From NCBI RefSeq assembly GCF_018977255.1, contig NW_024704742.1, forward strand, positions 48,672,001-48,736,000: a stretch of DNA of 64,000 nt. The letters are read 5' to 3'. This document shows positions 24,961 through 35,607 of the stretch, piece by piece. Below the pieces are notes generated by a model. That model had not been told where the DNA came from. It saw nothing but the letters and a program-made list of their open reading frames with translations, and ran no database searches. The position numbers and the translations under genes are program-made. Origin of the DNA: Callorhinchus milii (lineage: Eukaryota). The stretch's first letter is position 1. Every line of letters begins with the position of its first letter.

Positions 24961-25741
24961 TGTGGGTTCACTACCTGGACTTCAGGTAATGCCCTCCAGC
25001 AGCTATCATCCCAATCCTCGTAGTTTTGTCCTCAGCTATTCAACATACATCTGCCTTCAGCGTGGTGGCTGGAGCTCTACAGGCCAGCATATAATGTGCT
25101 AGCCACCTTTTTAGATTTTTACACAATTCCTTCTGTGTCGGGAGGACCCCTTAAAACTTATTGCATAGCTGACTGGTATCCTGAACTGAAGAGAAGAGGA
25201 AGATGATCTGTCGATGGGTTTTAAGGCGAGGGAGGAAGCAAAGTGGAAGAACTCTGGGATGAAGTTTGTACTCTTGTCGCTTAACAAGGGTACAACTTTG
25301 CCATCGTTAAGCACTCTGAGACGCCGCCCTACGTGGAGGGCGCTATGTAAATGCAAGTTGTTGTTGTTGAACTCCTGTTCTTGACTGTACTGCTGTAGGA
25401 TGTTTCTGAATGGATGCTGGAAATGCTGGAATCTTTTGTTATTGCCAGACTTGGCAACCAGATAGCAAACACATCTGTATGTTTTAGGTCACCATGAAAT
25501 AAAATAGAGGTGCTTACCTCTCTATATCATGTCCCCACAATCTCATTCTTCGGGCCTCACTCTCCAGCCTTCTCCAACCTCAGCTTTCTACTTATTTAAC
25601 TGTATTCTTGACTGCTTGTCAGTAATGCCTTAATTGACAGGGCAGATTAGCAAAGGGATTATTTATCAACTGTCAAAAAATACAATTATGCAACAGGGAA
25701 TCAAAAATCTTCCTCTTCAGTTAACATTTAATTTCCGTCCT

Positions 25742-26045
25742 TCAAATGAGATATTAAACTGAGATCCCATCTTCCTGTTCAACATCGCATGGCTCTGTTC
25801 GAAAAATAAGAAGGGAGTTTCTCCTGGTATATGAATCATATAAATTTATGGCACATTTATGGCTAACAATCCTCCAACCAAAATTGGTTATTTGTCTCAT
25901 GACTGTTTGTGAGTCATTGCTGTGTTCAAATTGGTTGTTGGTTTTGCCTATAAAATATAGTCACTACACTTTACAGTAAATCCTGTGAAGCACCTTGTGA
26001 CGTCTCCTTAATGTGAAATGCTCTGTATCAAATGCAAGGATTATT
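25742..26045 (+). mobile_element. Old Deu-domain SINE, 3' part
   Basis: ATGAGATATTAAACTGAG...GGGAGTTTCTCCTGGT...AAATGCAAGGATTATT. Confidence 0.65.
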
Positions 26046-26074
26046 TTAGAGCATTGATACTGATGTTAAAACTG

Positions 26075-26432
26075 AATAATAATAATCCTTGCATTTGATA
26101 TAGCACCTTATCATGTCATTGAGATGTCTCAAACACTTCACAGAATAAACTGTAAAGTGAATTGACTGTATATTTTGTGGGCGAAACCCGGCAGACAATT
26201 GCACACAGCAGTGTCCCACAAACAGTCGTGGATTGAGTGACCAAATTATTTTATTTATTTATTTTGAAGGGGTTATTACCTCTGGAAAGTGATCTGCCAA
26301 CGGCTAACAACTGGGTTCCTACTTACTGCTGGGTAAACAGAGGAGTGTGGAGCAAGGAAACTTGCCTGAGGGTTCGCCCTGCCTGGAAATTGAACCCAGG
26401 TCCTTTCGCTTGCAAGGCGAGTGCTCTAACCA
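26075..26432 (-). mobile_element. tRNA-Ala SINE, subfamily B (extra internal segment)
   Basis: Same head and tail as subfamily A plus CTAACAACTGGGTTCCTACTTACTGCTGGGTAAACAGAGG segment. Confidence 0.9.
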
Positions 26433-27959
26433 ACTTCAGGATAGGAGACCTGGATGGATCCTGAAAAATTTCAGCAACATTGAAAACAAGTGGACTGGAA
26501 GTGTGGAGTGTAGCATTTTGTTTTTAGAGAGAGATCTTTATCCTACATATCTACATATATCTCTCAAAACCAAATTCTGTGAAGTGGACCAGAAATACTA
26601 TCTGTTGAGAGTGATATATTTGTTTCATTCTGCTGCACTTCTGTGAAAGAAACCTATACTCCAGATGTGAAATGAGAAACAAATATCCATCTGTGGAGAG
26701 GTCACCAACCCAGCTGTAATAGCAATGTTCACTATACACATCAGAGTGAGAATTGACAGTGTGGTAATCCAATAGAACTTTATTTTACACAAATTTGTAC
26801 TGTACTTGATGATCTGACCACACATCTAGTTGAACATAGTGCTGCCGATAATCATTTCTAAACACCACTTAAATCATTGAATTTAATAGTTGATCTTCTT
26901 AAATAGTTGAATTTTCCAACAATTTCTGTTATGAAGAGATGGAGGTTTGTAGTAATGGCAATCATTGAGAAACGCACTGGTTGTGAACTAACATTCATGA
27001 TGTTTATTCTTTGAGAATGGTAGACTTGTTTGCAGTATATCTGAGCTCTCGAATTAACAAAAATACGAGCGAGGAGCTCAGCATCTCCGAGTCGTGGAAT
27101 CCTGTTTATCTCTTGAAATGATAATTGTGAGATTGATTTTTCAATTTTCACCCATCACTAGTTATATGGCATGATTTATGTATAATTAATATCATCTGAA
27201 TTACATTTGCTGAGTGTTCTGTACACAAATACAATGGGTACCATAAATCTGAAAGAAAAACTCTGCAAACCCCAGAAAGAGAATTGTGTACTTTCTTATT
27301 TGACTCAAATAAGCAACATCTCCCATTAATCACATGCAAATATTAATGGTGCTTTAGCAAATAAACCAAGTCAAGCATCATTTTCTGTAGTGAAACTGTA
27401 CGTACAGGTTTAACTGCTTTGCAATCTCAAAATAGCTGTTAATAAATATGATTAAATATCTCAACACATTTTATTTTAACTGTGTCTAATTCAAAAGGGC
27501 GTTTATGCAAATTCAATTTATGAACATTCCTTTAAATCCACATCTGCCTACTCTTAGTCAGTGACTTTCGTTCCACCTACGCAGCTTGTTCTGACCTAGT
27601 TTTCAATGAAGTGATGGGTCGTACAGTTTCCAACCAGTCAACAATGATAGTCTATGTCTGGTGGTGACACTACCAGGCAATCTGATTTACTGTCAAAGCT
27701 CTTCTCATGGATATTTGCTTCATAATCTGTAATAATCTTTACAATCTGTAAAAATGTTATAAAATTAAGAATGATAAAAGGCCATTCAGGCCATCAAGCT
27801 TCATCTTTAACCCATTCAAAACCTTATCATGGACTTTATCCTATCTGTGTCTTAGAAGAACGACTGCTTGAATGTGAAAGTTAATCAAGAAAAATCTCCC
27901 TAATCTTTCATCCTCCACATCACACCTGGCTTCCTTCCTTCAGTTCACAAGGTCATGTG

Positions 27960-28420
27960 GGAAGTGCTGACAAAGGAGGCTCTTCAGCCTATTTAATCTC
28001 CTCTTTCAAGAATACCAAACCTAACATCTTCCCATCACAGCATTCATTAGTTTGTTATATGTTGAATGTGGCGAGATCCAATTCAACAAATACTCACTGG
28101 GTCGTTTTCAACTTTTCCTAGGCAAATCCTATCCAATCCATGAATTACATGTATTTAGTTGTACTTTTTATATGCTGTACCTTGTATTCATCTATATTAA
28201 TCCATTTAAGCTCTTTGTAACATCTTGGCTGTTTCATCCGATTCTGCAGACACCCCAAATTTGGTTTCAAATTTAAGTACCTTGCTTTGAGTCTCCGAAT
28301 TTAAGTTATTTATGTGTACTAGGAGCATGAGAGGCTTTGAAATCTATTATATTTTTAAACCTTTGAAGATCTTCCCTTTAAACCAATATGTGGCATGAGT
28401 ATTAAAGACTCTTGGGGGGT
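27960..28420 (-). mobile_element. Decayed CR1 RT / 3' fragments
   Basis: Minus frame PLMLLVHINNLNSETQSKVLKFETK ~ PLLFLIYINDL...ISKFADDTK. Confidence 0.5.
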
Positions 28421-28653
28421 AGATCTGTTATTGGATTGAGGAGATTAAATTTACAGTGACATTGGTTCTCTGAACTGGTTTATACCGCACAGTCCTCTGC
28501 ACATGTAATATGTGATTTGCATCGATGTGATAGGACACTGACTTTGACAGATCAAGTTATTTGCAGCATTCTGCGATGGCATGTGTCACTGCTGCCGGTC
28601 AGCTCAGGTCTCGCGGCTGCTGTATGCAAACTACTTCAGCTTGAACAATGCCT

Positions 28654-28868
28654 TATAACATGCTGCTCTATTTAGAAAAGTATAATGTGGCTGCTCTAGA
28701 TAGAGTAATATAATGTGGTTGCTCTAGTTAGAGTAATATAACATGGCTAATCCAGTTAGAGTGATATAACATGGCTGCCCTACTTGGAGTGATATAATGT
28801 GCTGCTCTCGTTAGAATAATATAATGTGGCTGCCCTAGTTAGAGTAATAGAACATGTTGCCCTAGTTA
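28654..28868. repeat. Minisatellite, ~28-bp unit, ~8 copies
   Basis: Consensus TATAATGTGGCTGCTCTAGTTAGAGTAA repeated head-to-tail with divergence and no spacers. Confidence 0.9.
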
Positions 28869-29169
28869 ATTGCACTTTCAAAGGAGCACTGGCACTGGAA
28901 CCAATTGTCTTGTCAAATTTAAATTGATGTTACAATTCTTAAGGCTAACAATTTCAGGAATAAAATATATATACTGTATTTTACATAGGGTCAAAAAGTA
29001 AATGTGCAATGTGTTTGCATACCGTTTCTGATATAGAAGACCACTCCTGGTCATTCTCTTCCAACCCACTGGTCAGCATTGCTTTGAACTCAATAATAAG
29101 TCAATAATAATAATAATTCTTACATTTGATATAGCACATTTTACATCAGGAAAATGTCTAAAAGTGCTT

Positions 29170-29352
29170 CAACAACAGCAACAGGTAGCGTCTCAGAGCC
29201 CTTAACAGAGGCAGAGCCTGACTCTGAGTGGGGTGGGAGGGGGGCGGGGAGGTGCCCTTAAGCACGGTCAAAATGGAAGGTTTCTAGGCGAGACTTGAAG
29301 AAGGAGAGAGAGGTGGCAAGGCAGAGGAGGGATTGAGAAGGAGCATTCCAGA
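29170..29352 (-). mobile_element. L2 LINE 3' fragment
   Basis: GGTAGCGTCTCAGAGCCCTTAACA...GGAGAGAGAGGTGGCAAGGCAGAGGAGGGATTGAG is the reverse complement of the L2 tail seen at 41660-41820. Confidence 0.7.
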
Positions 29353-29359
29353 GATAAAC

Positions 29360-29706
29360 ACTCACAGGATTTAATGTAAAGTGAAGTGACTGTGCATTTC
29401 GTAAGTAAACACCACGGACAATTTGAGCACCGCAATGCCCCACAAACAACCATGAAGGGATTAATCAATTTTATCTGGGGAAATTGTTGGCCAGGACACT
29501 GAAAGAAACTGGGGATATTTAATAACCTGAACAGGCAGATGGGACCTTGGTTTAACATCTCAACTGAAATTCGGCATTTCCAACAATACAATGCTTTGGG
29601 GTGTCTGTCAGCCTAGATTATGTGAGTAAAAATTCATGATGCCAGGCTTGAACACATAACCATCTGCCATGGAGACTAAAGTGCTACTAGCTGAGTCAGG
29701 CTGTCA
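29360..29706 (-). mobile_element. Old Deu-domain SINE
   Basis: TTGGCCAGGACACTG...CCTGAACAGGCAGATGGGACCTTGGTTTAACATCTCA...GCTGAGTCAGGCTG. Confidence 0.75.
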
Positions 29707-31813
29707 GTTCAGTCAGGATGGCTATTCGGGTGTTCTGGTTAAATGCTACCAATAAGTAAACTGTTGCTGTGCCTGTTTCTCCCCTGACGGGTATTTTAAA
29801 CTCCATAATCTCCGATACAGTGTGGCTGCTGATTAACGCATGTTCTTTATGGCCTCCTCAATTTCAACTGCTTGAGCACCAATTCATAACACTTTTCTCA
29901 CTGTAACACACTTGACTAATACCTGAGTTTGTAATTCTGCTCAGCTTAGCAAATCATGCAATCAACTTTTTTAATAACATTTAAAAATCAGTCCCTCTAA
30001 AGCTTTTGAGCCATTTCATGAACCTTGTTGGAATACAACCCAGTTTGATTTGCTTACTCTGTACCAGTCTCCTTGCTCCTGAAACCAACTCCTCTGAATA
30101 ATTTCAGCAGCAGGGCCATTTTCCTCCTATCCAACTGGTCAGCATGGCTTTGAATGACAAATTTGCAACAGTTCACCCCAAAACGTGAGGTATAATGCAG
30201 TACAGACTTTTTCACTGTGTGATGGGAGGACAGTAGGGCAGTTGATCTGAAAGCTGAAGTCGGAATGGAATAAAGAGCATTCTTCATTCCAATCTATCTT
30301 GTGATCGTGTCCTGATCTTGTGTTTCCCACTCTGATGTCTGTCAAACAAAGTGAGGACTTCCTCCCCCACCAACACCTCCCCGCCACCCACCCATCACAT
30401 CACTCTAAAATGCTTCCAGCTTATGAGGCAATGTGCCTCAGCAGTGTGAATGGGGAAGGCTATTTGTGGAGCAAAGGATAATATTTATGATGGGGGCAGG
30501 GAGACAGTATGTGTGCCATTTTATAAAAGTTTCAAAAAGGAAAATTTTAGTTGAAAAATATCCTGTACTTCATTGAACTGGTTTGAGCCTTGCTACAAGC
30601 CTACATTTGGACAGTGTTTGTAAATGTCTGCCGTAGCAGTTTCATACTGAAGCTGTTCCAGTGTGCTGGGGATATTGAATAGATTGCACTGTATCTCGGA
30701 GCAGACACTCACAAAGGGCAGCATGGCATTTAATACAAACGTTTCTGGGATTCCTGAGATTCCAGTGCAGAATTGTCCCATTGTTGCTATGCAAAGCTCC
30801 AGGAAGGATGACTGAATCCGTAGGGAATTCCTGTGTCAGTGGATAAACTGTTGTCTCTAACCCCACTTCATGTTTGTACATGAGCTTTGCTCTTCTGGAA
30901 TCCTGTTAGTATGTTGTTGCCCTGTGTGCTGTAGTCTTCGGTTGGAGTGAATGGCATCTCAGATACTCCAGCCTGCAGCACATGACCTCTCTTGTGATGT
31001 CTGTGACCTTGAGCAAAGTCCAGGAATGATTCAGTGCTACAGGAAAATACTGCGACAGATTGGATGATGGACGAGATGTGACAGAGCTCGTGGGAAACAA
31101 TAATAATAATAATTCTTGCATTTGATATAGTACCTTATAACGTCATTGAGATGTCTCAAAGCACTTCACAGAATATATTGTAAAGTGGAGTGACTGTGTA
31201 TTTTGTGGGCGAAACGTGACTTGCGCATAGCAGTGTCCCACAAACACTTGTGGATGGGCCACCAAATATTTTTTCAAGGCTTGGGGACCTCAGAGTTTGC
31301 GTTGGGGTAACTGCTGGAGTCTAACCAGCTAAAACCGCGTAGCTTGCCATTGATAGCACTATCTAGCAAGCTTTCCTGCTGCTTGTCCAGTTACGAGCCC
31401 CCCTACCTGAAATCATAAAAAAGGCAGGAAAGAAGGTAACTATTCAGCCTTTCAAGCCTAAACTGGTGCTAGCTTATCAACTGGAGCTTTCTATTCTATT
31501 CCCAATTCTCTGCTGTATCCCTCACCCTTATATATTTCTTTCCAAAAGTTTATTCAGTTACATTTTAAATGTTGTTATTAGTCAGTTTCAACAGTACTTG
31601 CGCCAACGCATTGCTTATTTCTATAACCCAGTGTGAAAAAGTGCAAGCAATTTGTCTGATCAGCAACATTGCCAAGAATGGATTGACTTTGCATCTGTCT
31701 CTGCTGGAGTATTTAATATTCATCTCCTAAATAAAATGTACAGTAACATGAAAATGGGGAGAGCTCCTGATAAAATCAGCAGACAATAGCCACTAATTAT
31801 AGACAGGCCCAAA

Positions 31814-32136
31814 AATAATAATAATAATAATAATCCTTGCATTTGATCTAGCACTTTTCACGTCGGGAGGACGTCCCAAAGCGCTTCACAGAACACACTG
31901 TAAAGTGAATTGACTGTATATTTGTGGGCGAACGCGGCAGCCAATTGCACACAGCAGTGTCCCACAAACAGTCATGGATTGAAAATGAACAATTATTGTT
32001 TTGTTTGTTGGAGGGATTATTATGAGGCTCTGTGTGGAGTAAGGAAACTTGCCCAAGGTTTCGCCCTCTGCCTGGAATTGAACTCAGGTCTCTCACTTGC
32101 AAAGCAAGTGCTCTAACCACTGAGCTACAGGACTCC
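31814..32136 (-). mobile_element. Young tRNA-Ala SINE, subfamily A, full length
   Basis: Reverse complement of the 1102-1420 element. Confidence 0.95.
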
Positions 32137-32917
32137 ACAAAAGACAATGTGCACAGTTGCTCAGACTGCAGATCTACTTTAGAGCTGTGCAGTACAGGAA
32201 GGTGTGTACACCTGGGTTCTGGTGTTAACATGACAGCCACTATGTTTAAAAAAAAGCTGACTTCCATTCTGTCAGGTCGCCACACCCTTCCTGCGCAATG
32301 CGTAGAAAGTATGTGAAGTCATTTCCTGCACTCTTCCTTTGTGAAGGAAGTGATGACATAGGTGGTTCATGTACACATCATTCATGCTCAGGAAGTGACT
32401 TCAGCAGTGACCTGACTTTTATTGGACTTCATTGTCAACTGACCTTTGTTATTGCTACAAAGGATATTGTCCTGTATATACAAAGATATACACAATATGT
32501 TTACACCCACATAAGTAATTGAATGCAAAGGAAAATGGGAACAGGCTGCAGGGCAAAAGTGAAAAGCAGAAACTCCACATTGACAGTATTTTGTGGTGAA
32601 GCCAAAGAGACAAGATATTAAGTTCAAATCCAGTGAAACAATCCACTCCCAAATAACACCCTTGCAAAATGCAACTGAGTCTATAAAGCACCTTCTAATG
32701 AACTTTTGTTCCAAAGCAATGGGAAATTGAATGGGTGGGTAGATGGTTCTGCTCTTGCCTGAAATTATTGGTAAAGTTGTCATTTTAACCATTGACGAGG
32801 AGCATGGGATGCAAAAGCATTGTGATAATTCTTCAGTGTTCTCTCTTTATTACTCTAAAACATCTTGTTGATAAAATGCATTTTATGATTTAATAGCATG
32901 GTGGCACAAGTAAACAG

Positions 32918-33271
32918 TAATAATAATCCTTAATCCTTGCATTTGATATAGTGTCTTATCATGTCATTGAGACGTCTCAAAGCATTTCACAGAATATACT
33001 GTAAAGTTAATTAATTTATATTTTATGGATGAAATGCAGCAGCCAATTGCACACAAACAGTCATGGATTGAGTGACCAAATTATCATTTTTTTAAGGCAT
33101 TATTATCCCTGGAAAAGCCATCCGTCAATCGACTAACAACTGGGTTCCAACTAGATAAACAGAGGCAGGTGGAGTAAGGAAACTTGCCTAGGGTTTTCCC
33201 CTGCCCGGGAACCAAACACAGGTCCTCTCGCTTGCGAAGCGAGTGCTATAACCACTAAGCTACAGGACTCC
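32918..33271 (-). mobile_element. tRNA-Ala SINE, subfamily B, full length
   Basis: Contains AATCGACTAACAACTGGGTTCC segment; ends CTACAGGACTCC. Confidence 0.9.
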
Positions 33272-33273
33272 AT

Positions 33274-33582
33274 AGCCTAGGGCTGCAACTTAACAAATGG
33301 AAGGAGAGAGCTTCAGTATATTTGTATCTGTCAAGAGAATCTTGATTGAAATCTTCCCTCAAATTTCACTTCACTGTCAAACATGCTACTTAATATTCTT
33401 TATCACTTGTGTGCCAGACCACCACTTGCATTGTACACAAACAATCTTATAAATTGGTTTCTGGGCTAAACAGATACCTGAGGCATCCTTTTCAATTTCC
33501 TACCATGAACACCGATGGCACAATTACAATTATAACCTTTCAAATAGCATATTATCCAATAATGGCATCTGTCTGCACCTGG
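33274..33582 (+). repeat. Copy 1 of a ~310-bp low-copy inverted repeat
   Basis: Aligns end to end with the reverse complement of 45554-45862, about 35 differences by hand count. Confidence 0.95.
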
Positions 33583-34744
33583 TTTTACATTGGGGTGAGG
33601 GGTGGAATGAAGGGAACTGAAATTAATTCTAATGTATTCAAATCATGCAACAATTTCACTTATAAACTGACAACTTTAACAAATGATTGGCTTTTTGCCT
33701 GAAAACAAAAATGTCCTTAAAAATGACTTCACTGCTCAATTAAACCTGACTTGTGGAAAACGAATGGCATTCACTCCTATTTATGGAATTGTTTTCTGAA
33801 AAAGCAAGATGCATAGAGATCCTTTTAGGGCTATATTTCAGATTTTGTAAGTTTGGTGGTGCTGAGTTAGGGTTTGGCTGTGATCAATAAGCACCTTATC
33901 ACATTGAAATGTCTCAAAGCGCTTCAAAGGAGGTTTGAGCTTTGTCAATTATACAATACAATAAAAAAAACATTTGTATAGCGCCTTTCAATTTTAGGCA
34001 AATGTTGCAGCAATTTTTGTCCAACAAACACCCATGTGGCAAATGATCAATTTAGCTGGAAGATTGTTAGAAGACATTCACTTCTCTTTTTGAATCGTAT
34101 CATGGGTTCTTCAAAGTCTATTTGAAAAGGACAAACTGGCCTGTCTTAGAAATGGCCTATATGATTAGTGTCCTGTAATATAATCAGCCTGAGGTTAACT
34201 GGACAGTAGCACAAATGGCGTGTAATGTTCTTACCTTGTAGCTGGATAGAAGTATACATTAATTGCACTGTTATTGGTATGCATATTAACAACCCTATTG
34301 CAGTATTCAGCTTGTTCAAAACCAAAGTTCTTGCAACAGTGACGTTTTAACCTTCTGACAATAACAAACAGCTGGTGGTGATGGCACAGTGTTAGTAGGA
34401 TATCAGCCAGGAAAATGTGACCCGAATTAACCTGTTAACAGACTCCCAGGAGTGTGATTACATTAATACAAAGAACATGTGTGCATAAAACACAGGAAAC
34501 ATCCGCACATTTAGAGTATGATTTTTATTTGAAAGTTCGTTTCCCTTTTTGAGCCCCATGAAAGATTCATTTTTTTATCATTCCTGTTTCCGGTGATTAA
34601 ATGTGGTGGTATCCTAAAGAGCCAGCCAAACACCCTGGAACTGTATCAAAAAAGATACAATGTATTGCTGTGCAGTGTCCTTGCTGAAAACTTAAGTTAT
34701 GTCACGCAACATTTGGATTAGAAAGTATTGCGACGCTGCAAATA

Positions 34745-35285
34745 CAACAACTTGCACTTATATAGTGCCATCCATGCAGGGTAGCGTCTCAGAGCGCTTA
34801 ACAGTGACTCTGAGCCAGGGGGAGGTGGCTGTAGCACAGTCGAACAGAAAAGTCTTCAGGCAGGACTTGAAAACTTTCTCTTCAACCGTGCCTTCACCTC
34901 CCCTCTCGAATCTCTACCCCCTCCTCGCTCCCTCCCTTCCCTCCCCTCACCTGACCATTTCCCCCTGCTCGGGTCCCGATCCAACTGTCCAGCGCCTTGG
35001 GACGTCCTCCCGACGTGAAAGGCGCTCTATAAATGCAATCTTGTTGTTGTTGTTGAAAGAGGGAAGAGAGAGGGCAAGGTGGAGGGATTGAGGGAGAGTG
35101 TTTCAGAGTTTTGAGGCATAGTGGCTGAAAGCGCGACCTCCCATGGTAGGGCGGAGGGTGCGAGGGACGAGCATGAGGCTGGTGTCAGTCGAGCAGAGGA
35201 GCCGGGTGGTGGATTGGGGAGTGAGGAGGTCGGAGCGATAGGGAGGTGCCAGGGAGTGAAGGGATTTGAACACGAGAGTGAGGAT
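34745..35285 (-). mobile_element. L2 3' fragment (-) interrupted by an L2 tail (+) at ~34873-35052
   Basis: Minus ORF LTLVFKSLHSLAPPYRSDLL...GGRAFSHYASKL; inner plus-strand L2 tail ends in (TTG)n; TTGAAA flanks both sides. Confidence 0.85.
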
Positions 35286-35324
35286 AAATAACAATAATTA
35301 TTATGATCCTTGCATCTAATATAG

Positions 35325-35607
35325 CAAGTGAGAGACCCGAGTTCAATTCCAGGCAGGGCGAAACCTTGGGCAAGTTTCCTTACTCCACACAGAGCCTAAT
35401 AATAATCCCTCCAAAACCAAAAACAATAATAAATTGGTCATTTTCAATCTACGACTGTTTGTGGGACATTGCTGTGCGCAATTGGCTGCTGCGTTCGCCC
35501 ACAAATATACAGTCAATTCACTTTACAATGTGTTCTGTGAAGCGCTTTGGGATGTCCTCCTGACATGAAAAGCGCTATATCAAATGCAAGGATTATTATT
35601 ATTATTA
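35325..35607 (+). mobile_element. Subfamily A SINE, 5'-truncated, inserted in a subfamily B SINE
   Basis: Starts in the anticodon arm; host minus-strand SINE pieces lie at ~35284-35324 and ~35608-35880. Confidence 0.9.

Noticed and set aside
18708..27250. Apparent colinear resemblance of minus-strand frames (20150-18708, 24040-23750, 27250-26550) to CATSPERB, e.g. SALL..IYKL, GVSG, HPFSL and a terminal hydrophobic helix
   Set aside because: Hand-scored segments were weak, stop density in the frame (~20 in ~330 codons) is at random level, the conserved NYRPPS motif is absent, and several places matched the same CATSPERB region, which indicates over-fitting. A TBLASTN/HMM search with CatSper beta/gamma would settle it.
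28654..28868. CRISPR-like array
   Set aside because: Units are contiguous with no unique spacers, there are no cas genes, and the context is vertebrate
31848..32316. Recurrent ORFs such as [30 protein letters not shown] (also 21730, 35303, 42151)
   Set aside because: Chance translations of the non-coding SINE body
33409..33702. Paralogous proteins MCQTTTCIVHKQSYKLVSG (also 45533-45790)
   Set aside because: The similarity simply reflects the DNA inverted repeat; starts and stops differ, there is no convincing splice structure, and no family was recognised
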